DNA of 63,491 nt, the filler included, from Choristocarpus tenellus KU-1152 (lineage: Eukaryota > Protista > Phaeophyceae): the NCBI GenBank assembly GCA_964200185.2. It is 6 parts of 6 records of this genome, joined end to end, with 100 filler letters (N's around TTAATTAATTAA, not from the genome) between each part and the next. Parts side by side here need not be neighbours in the genome. Positions count along the whole stretch, not along the records: positions 28,683 to 50,342 come from CAXNAD020000330.1; positions 50,443 to 57,752 come from CAXNAD020006359.1; 4 more parts are not named here. One strand, 5' to 3'. Position numbers and translations under genes: made by a program. Every line of letters starts with the position of its first letter. The stretch's first letter is position 1. Below are positions 38,846 through 51,829 of the stretch, in pieces. Under the pieces are notes generated by a model. That model had not been told where the DNA came from, ran no database searches, and worked only from the letters and a program-made list of their open reading frames with translations.

Positions 38846-41800
38846 ATGGCCCATCCTCCCGAGAAGTCAGTCGACGCAGTCGAAGCAATCGAGGCAGTCG
38901 TATTTGGCAAGTGTGATGAAGAATTATCCCCTACCAATGACAGAGATTCAAAACACTCTCCGTCTACCATGGCACCGGAGGATGTTATTCCCCTGCTCCT
39001 CAAGCAACAGCGAGAGATGATCGAAGAACTTCGAGACCAAAGAAAGGTTAGACGAAAGTAGTTGGAGTTGTAGAAATTCTTCAGAACTAGATCGTTATCA
39101 CTTGGCCTCATGAGTAATAAATTCACACCTCAAACTTGCACTGACTTCATCTATGGCCTTGATGGCTTCGTCTATGGCCTTGATCCACAATTCGCTACCT
39201 ATCTACGCATAAACTTACGGTCGACCCCAGGAGCTGTCCCAGACTTGCAAGGACGAGATAGGACAGTGGGTACTCTCTTCCCTCATTGACCGACTGGGTT
39301 TGAGTCAAGTTCCTCCTCCTAGGAAGAAGAGAAAATCAAGACAAAAATGTAGTTTTCCCTTAGCCCAGCGTACTATTGGTGAGGGCGTTCATTGTGCCCT
39401 TGCGCACTTACTCAAAGATGAAAATGTTGGTCGAAGATGCAAGCATAGGAATCGGTCAATGGCACTTTCGGAGAAGGAGCAGGGAAGTATCTCCAACTTG
39501 CCCTTCAAAGAAGCGCAGGTCAAGGATAGCTCAGAAGTTGGTATGGAGTTGTGCCCAGGGACTACAATTCGTCAACGTCTGGAGCTTCAGCAACACACTT
39601 CCGAGCTCTCCCCAGACGGTTGTTGGCTCCCATCTTTCCTACATGCCTCTCAGACTGCTCCTAGTATGTGTCCACCAGGGAAGACTGACGTGTGGGATTC
39701 GAAGCCTCGCACAGCAGTGCCTACTACTGGCAACAGTGGGATGAAACGGGCTGTTTGTGAACGACAACAACGCCCAACAACGACTTGCGTGCAATTACGG
39801 ACAACTGGGGGGTTACGTGTAAATAGAGAGGGGACCAGGGCAACCCAAGGTCGAGTAGCTCGGTACCTTAGTTCAAACCCCCTGTCCTTGTCCCAGAGTA
39901 ATGGGCATTGCAGCTGTGGCTCCAGATGGATTGGCAGTAGTAGTACAACAAAGAGCTTGCAAAAGCGCAGTTCATCACAACTGTCCCCAACGTCATGCAC
40001 CTCTGTTGAGGTCTTGGATGAGTTGCCCATACAAAATGGCAAGGTATCTTCAGAAGTCCTGGGGCAAGGATCACACCATGGAGACCCCACCTTAATACTG
40101 AACCCGGCTTATCGTGGGCTGAGCTCTAGGCAGTCCTCTCTGGTGGATGGAGTAACCGAAGGTGGAGGTATGGAAGCAAGGGGTAAGAGAGGAGCACTTT
40201 TAAGTTCTCCGAGGAATAGGAAAGAAAGCACTCCTTTGCATGACTATACATCGCAGATGCTGGAGCGATCACGCTCTTTGGTCGCCAAAGCCAAGGCAAG
40301 TACCTTCCAAATATTATCATATAAGTCTGGTTCCGAATTGCTACAAAATGTGTACATACATGTACGGATACATGGCCCAGAAAAACAATTGCACAAGCAG
40401 AACACATCTTGAGTACAGTAGACAGGGAAATATATGGATGTACTAGTCCAGTGAAGAAACTTCAGCCTTCCAGGAGTTCTCTTTGGAAGTGTACGAACAG
40501 CCCAGACCTTCACTAACCATTCAATCACCTCAGGACTACCTGTGGGCAGTCCAGTACACATGTTGTCGCCATCCTGCTATGCTATCGCATGCCCTATGGA
40601 GTTAGACTGGTCACACATGTACTGAGTGAATAATGGGACCCTGCCACGACCTGAAATCCTCCTTCGCCATAATTGCAGTAGTTGATCCCTTGCTGATTCA
40701 ATTGTCATGTATTTTCTGCCTCCTTCTAGCTGTTTAGGGAGCATTAGATGCGCTCAACTACATAGACAATTAATATCTCAATTCATCACAGAAAGGCATG
40801 AGAAACGACACATCATGCATCCTAGCATATTGCAAGAAATACACTACCTGAGGTATGAGACTATAGAACTATTAGATCATGGTGAACTGAAAGTGTATAC
40901 ATTTGATTTTCTGGTAAATCAATCCTTGAGAAGTCTGTTTTCAGTCAGCCTTGCAGTATTAACACCGAAGACACCCCAAACCGGTCTGAGGTCAGTGAAT
41001 AACCTCTGTCGCCCACAGCAACGAGTTGGAATTCCTTCCATAGCACTCTCATTTTGAGGTCCCAGCGTTTTCTTTGGGATTTTTTCCGGATTTTATTTCG
41101 CAAACTTCTGACCCAAGGCATCTAAGAGGGTAGGAGCTTTGCCGTGTTTGTCTGTTCGGGACTTGGCATCCCACGGGTTTTTTATGCCCTTTTTTAGGTT
41201 TTCTATCTGAACACGTTTACATAAAATGTATACGACTATGAAAGGTGCGTACAGAGCAAGGATATTGACACTTGCTAAAAAACACAACACCCAAAATTAC
41301 ATCAAAACCACAACATTGGATTTATGACCCCAAATGGACGTGGTCCTACCCTCATTAATGCTTTGACTCTCATATACATATATACTACAGTATATATATA
41401 GTGCAAAATAGTCAAGAAGGGTACACCTCTGAGATGGTTCGACTCCAAGTGCGTTCCACCCTCCTCCCTTACCAAGGGTGAAACGGAAAAAAGGAAAATG
41501 TTCTGATTGGTGTACGCGGAATGCAACACGCACTCGTAATGTAACAAGTTCAAAATGACAACAGAGGAGAGTGAGGAAAACACCGACTCTCAGGTTTCTG
41601 TCTGAAATGGCACTTTGCAATTTTTCGAAAGTCTTATGCTAAAAGATGTCCCCTCCGCACACACATACCTCAAGTAATTTCGTGTGACTGGTTCTTTGGG
41701 TCCTAAAAATAGTCTTTGAAGGGAACGTTAGGGTTATGATGTTAGGCTAAGGGTCAGGTTTTTTTGGCCAGGACTAGGGATAGTAGGGCTAGGGCTAGGA

Positions 41801-44800
41801 AGACGGCTTAGAATATAGAGCATGTAAACATATGTAGCATGTAAAGCACCTGAAGACTAACTCAATTCCTTCAGTAGCTGTAAAGGTGATCTCAGACCAC
41901 TTCTGCTGTTTGCTATTTCTACACCAACAATCGGTGTGCTGCTCAGGCGAGCTGTGGAAGTAGCCGCCGCCTGAACTCCCCCCAAGGAAGCAATGCCAGG
42001 GGCTTGTCAAGGGAAAACAAATGGAATTTCGAAACGGACGAGGGAGGAAGAGAAGGTGAAGGGCAAGGAGAGATCAAAGACCAAAAGCGGGGACACGGGC
42101 AGAGAGGGGATCTGCGCTGGGTACACCAGCCTTACGACTCAAACCTTAACGTGTTGGATGTGGGCAAGGGGTTAGACTCAGGCTCAGTGATACAGAGGGA
42201 CAAGGCAAGGGGTATGGGGCAAGCTCATTCTATCCTTTTTCCTGTGCTGCCCCCGTCTCCGTTGGCCGAGGCCTGCCCCACGATCAGTGAAGGGTTGTCT
42301 GGTTCTTCTGATGACGGTGCAGATGAGAATACCTGCAGAGCAGCGGTTAGTTTTTCGAACCCTGGAACTGGGGGAGAGACTGGCAACAGCAACACCAAGG
42401 GGAGGGAGGGGATTAGTGAGAGAACAAATGACGGTGCTGTAGCGCACAAGGGTCTCTCGCAGGACATGGTGTCAGCCACAGAGCCGACCACGAGGCTTGG
42501 AGTGGGGGATGCAGGCGGGACTGGGAGAGCACATGAAGGGCAAGGAGATCATTTCTCTAGGATTACAGAGGGGTATGCCGAGGATAGTGAGGATAGAGGG
42601 CAATTGGTCGCCCGGAGAGAGGTAGAATCCTCAGGTACAGAGGGGGGTGGGGAGCAGGAGGGTCAAGGGTCAGGAAAACCGCATCTAGCGAGGGAGAGTA
42701 GGCGTGGTGGTGAGGAATGTCTGGAGGACAAGAGTTCTTGTTCATTGAGTGTGGAAGAGGAGACGGGCAATCAGACAAAGCCAGAACTGGAGTGGGAAAA
42801 TGAGCTCGCCAAGAATATACTCAGTCTCTACCAGAGCAAGCTCAAGGCAGAGTTGGACGAGAGCACCACAAGGAGGAAGACAGACTCTGAGCAGGTAAGT
42901 TTGGCGGAAGGAAGATGAGGGGGGGGGAAAGGGAAGCAATGGGAGCTGACTGAGTGGAAGAGCTCTTCCTTTGAAGTGTGGGAAGTTGGGTGTATGGGTA
43001 CGGGTAGGGGACACGGTTTGGAAAGTAGAGTTGAGTGAAAGTATCTTAGAGGGTACAAGTTTTGCCCTGTTTGTCCGTTTGGGGCTTGGCTTCCCACGTT
43101 CTGTTTATGACATTTTTCTACTCCACAATGTTTCGGAGTAGTTATAACATATACGTTATGAAAGGTTGTGTCCGGAACAAGGGTGTTGAGACTTCCTAAC
43201 AAACACGATAGCCAAAATTACATCAAAATCAATACATTGGATTTTGGCCCCCAAAAGGACATGACTCTACCCTCTAAGATAATTTGACTCGTTCAATTTT
43301 ATAATCTTTGTGATGCCTTAGTTGAGCCCCATATTTCTCAGTATTTTCATATTTGACAAATATGTCCCTTTTGAGGGAAGGAAACCTTTTTCACCTTTTA
43401 CTTGCAACCAATTGATGTCAGCGATTCTTATCGACTTCGTTATTGTCAAGACTTAAAGAAAATAAAATGGTTTATATTTTTCCTTGGGCACGGACCTCAG
43501 CTGTCCTGTTTGTCTCGCACCTGTGGTATATGACTTAGGCTTCCCAATTTCTATCTCCATTAGTGGAGGAGTTGCAACAGGTGAGGCGGGTGACTGTGGA
43601 CACCATAGGGTGCGTGGCCTGTGATAAAGTTACATCCTGTCAAGAAATCTCCTCATCATTGGCTGGTGCTTTTTTACTTCAACAAAAACAGACACCACCA
43701 AATCGGTTGAAGCATAAAATACATGCAGTATTGCGGGCGCGCTACCCTGCACCACGTGCATAGCAGACGTGTCATTTAGTCGTGATATCATTGCCTCGTC
43801 CTCGACATCTTATAATGGTGCAGGTTAGATGTCCATACTATTAGTAGTAGTAGTAGTAGTAGTAGTAGCAGTGTTTTTGTTGTTATTATTGTTGTTACTG
43901 TTACTGTTGTTCTTCTTAATATTATTAACATTATTTTATTATTATGCTCTCTGACACTTTGCAGATGTGTCAGGGTGGAAACCAATGAAAACTATATATG
44001 TCGTTATTAGCCCTAAAGAAGTAAAATATCCTAAACGTAAGAATACTATAAAACATTGTATGTATGGAAACCACTAATCAACTACTTCACCACTATCAAA
44101 TATTTTACTACTGTCTTCCTTAGCTTCTCATCAACCTACTCCTGTGCCCTGGGGGGGGGAGCTAGGGAAGCATCCCAAGAATCCAACAGACCCCTCCGTG
44201 CCCATCTCCCTAGTGACTCCAGTTTGAAGCGCATTAACATTATTGTTACCAATATTATTGTTTTTATTACTGTTATTATTATATCGTTTTTTTGGCATTA
44301 CCATTTTTTACACTATTGTTATCATTATTTTTTTTATCAGTATCTTTTCTAACCTCAAACCTTATCCCCCCCCAAAAAACACTAACCTCATCTCAGTAAA
44401 TATAATCATATTATATAATCATATTATGTACACCTAAACATTGCACGGAGTATGTATGTAAATATAATCAACAACTGCCCCTATCTACAAGCCAAGACAT
44501 GAATGTGCACTCCTACATCTCAGTACTGATGTTCAAAAATCAAAATATTTCCTATTGCAAGCAAATAAAAAAGTAATACAATGTTTCATGTAGCTCTCAG
44601 ACTGAGTGGAATTTTAAATTGCAACAAGGACTTGAAATATAGTACTTCCATCATACAACATACATACATACACACATACACAGGAAACCATCCGTAGATA
44701 CCTAACTCCAGAGGAAGAGCAAGCAGAGAGGAAGAAAGCCATGGACGCTGCATTGCTCTGTGACAGCCCAAACAAAAATAAAAAAATGAGGAGCACACGC

Positions 44801-47800
44801 CACCGGCCGGGAAAACCTCGACTGAGGGGAACTAGCCAACAGGGAAAAAAGAATCTTGACCACGATGACCTTGTCGTTGGTCTGGAGGATGGCTGCTTCA
44901 AGCGAATTGAAGATACCCCAACATCAAGGTGAACACCTTGAGGGTGAAAGTATCTTAGAGGGTATGAGTCTTGCCCTGTTTATCCGTTTGGGGCTTGGCT
45001 TCCCACGAGTTTTTTTAATGACATCTTTCCTACTCAAGAAATGTTTCGGAATAGGCAAAATATATACATTGTGAAAAGGTGTGTCCAGAACAAGGATATT
45101 GACACTTCCTAACAGACACGATAGCCAAAATTACATCAAAATCACAACATTGGATTTTGGCCCCCCAAACGGACGTGGCTCTACCCTCTAAGACACTTTG
45201 ATTCTGAGCCACAGCAGTAGCTATGGTTTAGGAAAAATCATGTTCTTCTTAAGTGTTATGGCAGGAAGAAGTGTCGTGTCCTTACCATAGGGTTGTTACC
45301 ACATGCAGACTGTGCCTTTTTATTCCTCTGCACTCGAATCTGATCAGTCGTTGGGTTGGTTTTTGTTGTCTCTATGTAGACCTTGTGTGGTTGGATGTTT
45401 GAAGTAATCCGGCATAAGTTTTGTGTTGCCCTAGAGCCGGAAAAGGAGCCCTAGAGCCGTTGCGGGACTGTAGACTCAAGCTATTTGTTTTTTATTTTCT
45501 TTTTTGCGGCTTTGGGTCCTGCTTGCAAACGTAGCTGCACTACAGCTGAGGGGTTGGTACAGGCATGATCACGAACTGTGATAGGAGATTTAGCTCCCTT
45601 TCCCTGACAGAGACAGCCCCAGAAGCATACTTGTTACTATTTGCATCAATGTAAGTGGATACTTTGAAGTATTGGGAAGTAGGCATTGTTGATGTTATTG
45701 CATACCTCTTGGACATAGCGCTGCCCCAGCTGCTGCTACAGGTCCCTAGGGTCACAAGTAAGGACACTTGCGTTTCTTGTCTTCATAGTGGGGAACTGTA
45801 TACAGATGGTGTCTTCTTTTAGAGGTGGAGGGGAGGGGGGAGGGTGTGTTCACTCCGATGAGTTCTACTCTTGGCAGTGTTTTTGTTCATGCCCATGGTT
45901 GCCATTCATGCCAGTGTTCTCACAACTGTATTGCTTTTGTATCCAAAGAGCAACGAGTTTCACGGCAACGACTAGGGTTAGGGATCAGGGTTGGAAAATA
46001 ACTTTTAGGTACTCAGAGTTAGGGTTAGGGTTAGATAATGACCTAGGGTTACTTAGGGTGAAGGTTAGATCATGATTTAGGGTGACTTGGGATGAGGGTT
46101 AGATAAAGACTTACCACTACTTAGGGTTAAGGTTCGATAAGGACTTACCATTACTTAAGGTTAGGGTTAGATCATGATTTAGGGCTACTTAGGGTGGGGG
46201 TTAGATAATGACTTAACTTTACTTAGGGAAAGGGTAAGGGTTACTTAGGGTTGGGGTTTTAGAAAAGGACTTACTGTTACAACGTTTTGATGATATCGAA
46301 CACACTAACACCATGTAAGTTCCGAGGTATTAACTGACACGTTGCTGGTGCTGTTAGTGCAATGCTGGAACTGCCGCAGAGAGGCAAAAGGCGTATATCA
46401 AGAACTGAATCCAGCCCCATCCCCAACAGCATCCTGCCAATCCATACGCCTTGCTTCGTAGTCTTGCTGGTCATTGTGTTCAATTTTTCGGTTTTTGCTA
46501 CAGCCTTAACCAGATCCGTCTATCCCACCTCCCACCTCATGACCTTCCTCATACCCTTGTGCATGGGCTTACTGGACAGCACCAACCAAAAGCCGGTTGA
46601 AACCACGCCAGAGAGTTCAGAAGCTACCATGCCCAACATAGCTCCCCAAGAGATTTCAGACATGCCAAGGCCGGGACAAACCACGACCAGGGGAGCCGTC
46701 CCTTCTGGGGCAATCCCTGACGATATACCGTTGAAACCCCTCCCAGCCGCCGCTGCAGTCTTGCCCACCATGCGAGCACAGACAGCTGGACCCGCAGTCT
46801 CATCAGCAACAGCATCTCCACCCCATGTTGTCCCTGGAGGAGAATCGCAGGGCAGGGGCAAGGTCACACAATCAGGGGTTGCCCCTTCTAACTCTCGGCA
46901 TCAAAAGTCATCTGGAACAAGCTCCCATGGCGACCCCGCACTGAAGCCGCGTCCGTCCACTGTGGGGGTAGTACCTCGCCACAGTGTTGCTAATGCTGGG
47001 GCAGGCGTCAACAACTCAGCATCCGGTTCAAAGCACTGCGGTGTAAACCAGGGTGGGGGCGTGAGGCAGGCATCGAAAAGGGGACACTTGGGTCGCATGG
47101 CGATTGCAGTTCCAACTAGAGGGCTGGGGGAGGCGGTGGTCATTGTGCCGAAACGGCCTAGTCCCATATGGTTCTCTGGGAGTGGAGCGGTTCAGGCGGA
47201 GTGGTCTGCCTTGCCGGGGGGAGCTAGGGTGGCTCGGGATCTTGAGGGGCTGGAGGAGCAAGGAAGGTATTATGGGGGTTTCTTGAAAACCATTGTTGAT
47301 TGGTTGGAAAGAGAGTCGTGAACGGTCTTGTTTATTGGAAACGATACCCTTTGGTCTATGATAGCAGCACTACAGTGCCCAACCCCTTTCTCCTCCTTGT
47401 AAATGCTCTTTCTTACCTTTTTTGTTGGTATGTTGCCTTCCTTGATATGAAACTGGTGCATATGTATAATATTATCAGCAATAGTAGTAGTAACAAGAAT
47501 GATAATGGCAATAACACTAATGAAAATAATATCAAGATAGTGAGTCAATGTATCTTAGAGGGTAGAGCCGCGTCCATTTGGGGGACAAAATCCAACGTTG
47601 CGATTTTAATGTAATTTTGGCTATCATGTTTGTTAGGAGAGGTCAATATCCTCGTTCCGGATACACTTTCTCATAGCATATACATTTTACCCGTCAAGAT
47701 AAAACAATACCATTGATAACTACAACACAAACAACAAAATTATGCCAATATCCAAAACAACTTGAAATCCAAACAAATGGACAAAAGGTCCAGCCAGACC

Positions 47801-49575
47801 TTGGAAGTCGACCCCCTTCACAAACACCACTAGCTCACCGTGAATACACAAACAAATGACAATCAAAGGTACACCAAGTACATTGCTGTGGTGGAAGGAC
47901 TTCTTGTTGCGCACCTTCGGGCGGACGACCAAAGAGGTGACCACCAAAGAAAAAAAATAAGCCGAATCAGCTGAGAGGTAGGCAGGGCTGCATTTCGAGG
48001 ATCCCTAGAAGGGACAAAGAGATGTATGTCGTTTTGTACAGTTACAAAAAGAGCCCCTGCTGAATTGTGATCTCACGTTTGTGTGTGTGTGTTTTTGCAA
48101 AGGGTGAATGTCGATTTTGGGCACACCATTTGTTACGAACACAAAGCAATGAGACGAGAGCGTATTTCATAGGGTAGGGCAGGTGGCCTAGAACGCAAAA
48201 GGGTCCAAACCTTCCTCCCTCTCTATTGGTTCGGCACAGCATAAGTCAAGAAGCAATAGAGCGTTTCTCAGGCAACCTCAAAGTTGGAAGATTTTTTTTT
48301 TTCTCTATCTCATCCCTAATTTTTCTTCTTTTTTTTCCCCCTCTTTGTGTTTACCTCAATCGTCTCCCTCGCCCATGACTGGACCGGTCCTCTCCTCTTG
48401 CTTCCCTCCAAAGGCACGCAAAGGACACACACACACACACCACAGCTCCATTCTCACAACACAATACCTTAAAGTAATAAAATGTACCAGTGAAGAGTCA
48501 AAGAAAAAACGATAGGTACTCGAGTTTTGACCGGGGGGGTTATTGCACTTTTAAAGAGCTTTTTTTTTTCGTCTTTTGCGATTTAGCCTAACCCCAAGTT
48601 TCTTCCGTGGATGAATCACTAGGATAATTGACTTTTTGAGACAGTTGGATTATTAGGCTATTGTTTTTAAAGGCTTAGACAGAATTGAGAAGAGTCCCCA
48701 TACGCACCTGTACAAACTGCCGAATTCGACACGTTGGCTTGTCAGCATCCCAAGAATGCAACCATGGGTTTCTTTCGGCTCACTATGAAACTTGTCCATG
48801 AGGTCATGCGCAACAGACGAACACCGAGGCTCGACCGGCCGCTCGTTCTTCTTTTTTCTTTTGCTCTCTCCTCAACATGTGGATTTGAGAACAAATTCGA
48901 CTCCTGTTGATAAAAAGAATAATGTTGGACCTTGGCCATGATTCCAACCCCTTTTTATCGATGCACAAATGTCAACGTTGATAACCTCTGAGTGTAGAAC
49001 GTATTGGTTCAAGGAATGAGCAGCCCATAGAAGCCTAGAGGGCGCTGTGGTTTAGCCCATGTTGAAGTCCATTCATAGCTTGATGGGGTATTCTAAAACA
49101 CCTCAGTTTGATGCCCATTTTGCAGGTGAATGTCCTTTGGATTTGGTCCAGGCAGGGGGATGGAAAAATAAGGTGCATCCAGATTAAGGAAATCGTCCCC
49201 ACATCCGAAACGTTCACTCAAGTGGCATGAAATCACTACAGAGCCACAAAGGCCTTGAATGGACACCTGACTCCCCAACTAGGATACTATGGGCCAGCTT
49301 TAGACACACGACAACTATAGGAAGAGAGCAAGGCTTGAGCTTGACCTGAGCCCCAACCACAGCATCACCCCAACTAAACCATATACCTAGGTCTCCGATT
49401 CACAAACACCCAAATTCCGTTGCCCCTAATGTACTCCAGGTCCTATGGAGCTTGTCTGCCGCCTTTGGAGACAACTGGTGGTGACCTGTACCGCCTTTGG
49501 GGTGAGGCACGCTGAGAACCGGAGATTCGAGAGAGCGCTAGATCTCCTGAAGAGGGCAGAGATCCTCCTCGCCAG
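38846..49575 (+). CDS. Large low-complexity protein with a TPR-like exon; exons 38846-39046, 39231-40295, 41947-42894, 44684-44928, ~46580-47266, 49440-49575; model partly uncertain and incomplete
   Basis: Long open exons have phase-compatible splice sites, including a GC donor at 40296. Helical motif ELEWENELAKNILSLY. The last exon LVCRLWRQLVVTCTAFG...FERALDLLKRAEILL is TPR-like. The phase between the 47 kb and 49.4 kb exons does not match, so an exon is missing or these are two genes. Confidence 0.6.
41110..41369 (+). mobile_element. MITE family copy (diverged subfamily, full length)
   Basis: Ends GACCCAAGGCATCTAAGAGGGTA...TACCCTCATTAATGCTTTGACTC; internal sequence is colinear with the other copies. 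Confidence 0.8.
43033..43290 (+). mobile_element. MITE, full length 258 bp, ~23-bp TIRs, GTT target-site duplication
   Basis: gtt-GAGTGAAAGTATCTTAGAGGGTA...TACCCTCTAAGATAATTTGACTC-gtt. Confidence 0.92.
43842..43868. repeat. (TAG)n microsatellite
   Basis: Direct reading. Confidence 0.9.
44942..45204 (+). mobile_element. MITE, full length 263 bp, TGA target-site duplication
   Basis: tga-GGGTGAAAGTATCTTAGAGGGTA...TACCCTCTAAGACACTTTGATTC-tga. Confidence 0.92.
45972..46275 (+). repeat. Degenerate interstitial TTAGGG-rich satellite
   Basis: Many TTAGGG/GGTTAG units interleaved with recurring TTAGATAATGACTTA and TTAGATCATGATTTAGGG words. Confidence 0.8.
47542..47692 (-). mobile_element. MITE family copy (3' half)
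   Basis: GAGTCAATGTATCTTAGAGGGTAGAGCCGCGTCC...GTAATTTTGGCTATC is the reverse complement of the MITE 3' end. Confidence 0.85.
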
Positions 49576-49796
49576 GTGTGACAGGAACATGAGAAAGGAG
49601 CTCTGAGTCACAGGACAGGAAGACTTGAAAATCCTAACCCTACTAACCCTCCAAAAAAAATAGAATAATATATATTGAGTCATTCGAACATGGTTCTATG
49701 TACCTGAACGTTTCCCCCTGCAACAGTCAGTCAGCAGGGTTTAGTAGACTAGGGTCATCGCTTGCAGATACGATCTTCCTCGCCAGGTTTTCCTCA

Positions 49797-49994
49797 ATTT
49801 GATGTAATTTTGGCTATCGTGTTTGTTAGTAAGTGTCAATATGCTTGTTCCAGACACTCCTATTCAAAATGTACACATTTTACCTACTCAGAAATATTTT
49901 GGAGTAGGTAAATGTCACAAAAAAAACCCATTGGAAGTCAAGCCCCAAACAGACAAACAGGGCAAAACTCGTACCCTCTAAGGTACTTTCACTC
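49797..49994 (-). mobile_element. MITE family copy (3'-truncated)
   Basis: Ends ...AAAACTCGTACCCTCTAAGGTACTTTCACTC, the reverse complement of the 5' TIR. Confidence 0.85.
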
Positions 49995-50342
49995 TGAAGA
50001 CCACCAATCAATTAATAATACAAGAATCAATACATGCAACTAGAGGAAGCATGAATACTGGAAAAGGTTTCTCTTGACAAACACACCTACTGAAGAACAG
50101 TTAAGGGGTAAAATACACCCTTGTGCATGCTGCATATTGTGATTCATAGGCAGTTCATCTGTATATATATATATATATATATATATGTAAGAGGCTGATT
50201 GGGCTTCCCTCTTCATATCTATATGAACCAGTTTACCAGCCGAGAGTAATGGTTGGTTTCCCCCCCCCCCGTCCAAGTCATTCTTTCCTATTTCCCTTCC
50301 GGTTTCGAGAAAACCGATACTGAACCGAACCTTTTTACAAGG

Positions 50343-50442
50343 NNNNNNNNNNNNNNNNNNNNNNNNNNNNNNNNNNNNNNNNNNNNTTAATTAATTAANN
50401 NNNNNNNNNNNNNNNNNNNNNNNNNNNNNNNNNNNNNNNNNN
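50343..50442. other. Artificial contig spacer
   Basis: N44-TTAATTAATTAA-N44. Confidence 0.98.
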
Positions 50443-50526
50443 AAAGTGTCATAAAAAACCCCATAGGAAGTCAAGGCCCAAACGGACAAACAGGGCAAAA
50501 CTCGTGCCCTCTAAGATACTTCACTC
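50443..50526 (-). mobile_element. MITE family copy cut by the contig start
   Basis: ...CAAACAGGGCAAAACTCGTGCCCTCTAAGATACTTCACTC. Confidence 0.85.
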
Positions 50527-50531
50527 CATTT

Positions 50532-51829
50532 GTGGAGTGTATGACACGGATGACGTATGGGCTGCTGAGGGGTTCGTTCAACGCTAGCTTGTCCTCCCTG
50601 CCCATACATGCGGCGGGGGTGGTAGTCGCTTGCGCTATGCTGGAGGGGACCTGCGACCCTGAGATGGCGCAACGCTTTGCAGATTTTCTGTTCAAATGTT
50701 GTGCTAAGTTCCAGGCAGAACAAAAATGTGCGGAAGAACAGGATGGGGGACTAAACGGTGCTCTAAACGCGCCCGGGGGTGTCCGGGTCTCCCATCCATG
50801 ATTGCGTGATGACAGTGACGTCAGAGATAGCGACTTGGGATCGGTTATGAGCGGGTGGGATGCAGATTCGGATGAGGAAGAAATGGTCAAAACACCGACA
50901 GGATCTCGGAAAACTCCAACACATAGTGTGGAGTCAGTCCTGGATGATGACAGCGATGACGGATCTGCTTGAAACGAAGAGGGTGATGTTGAAGAGGTCG
51001 ATCCACATTGTCGATCTCCTCCTGGTAAGAGACAAAAGTCTTCCGGGGGCGTTGGGAAGGTTAGGGGTTCCGGCCGGATCTGTACCGAGCTCAGGTTCTG
51101 AACAACACGTCCCCACTTGTAAGGGGAACAGAATGCCTGTAACCCCCCCAGTAACCTTGCTGGAGAATATCTTCTCTCCTGTGCGTAGCAGTGGGGAGGT
51201 AGCAGCCATCAATACACCATCGGACGTGAAGAGGGAGTGATGCGGACTTGGCCGACAGCGATGATGAACTGCCCATGTCCGAGGATGGTAAGTTGAACAT
51301 CGGAATGACATATCAATTCCTTGAGGCTTGCACAGAGGAACTCCTCCGCTCGGCAAACCTATCTTTATCAACCTACTATCGTGTGCAAACCTGTGTCCTT
51401 CAACAGGTAATCCATGACTACGGATTTAGGTTGATGCGGGCTGGAAAAACTGCTAACCTCCTTGTCCTGGACGACCACTGCTACGTCCACAAAGGAATCC
51501 TCGATGGCTTGTGTCATGGTGTGGGTAATACCAAGAGGATGCTGTGTGCACAGGACATAGAAGCGCTCGCTGCGAGAAAAGCTGTGTTCCTCGGTCGTGT
51601 CGATGAAGAACTGTGGAATGACAATTGCTCCTCCCCCCTAAATCTTTGGCATGTGTTGACAGAGATTTACCACGAGCTTATAGGTTGGTGGAAGGAGGGG
51701 AGGTGCGACTTCACACTTGCTCACCAGCTCAAGAAGATGTTATTTGGTTTCAGGTCGAACTTGAAACAAGGGCGTATTTGTCGCAGACTTCCGCATTTTT
51801 GTTCTTTCCACACTGTGTCCAACAACTAG
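50532..51829 (+). pseudogene. Interrupted, intronless coding-like region of unknown family
   Basis: Successive 89-, 126- and 193-aa ORFs with a GC-richer acidic linker, separated by stops or frameshifts. No recognised domain. Confidence 0.35.
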
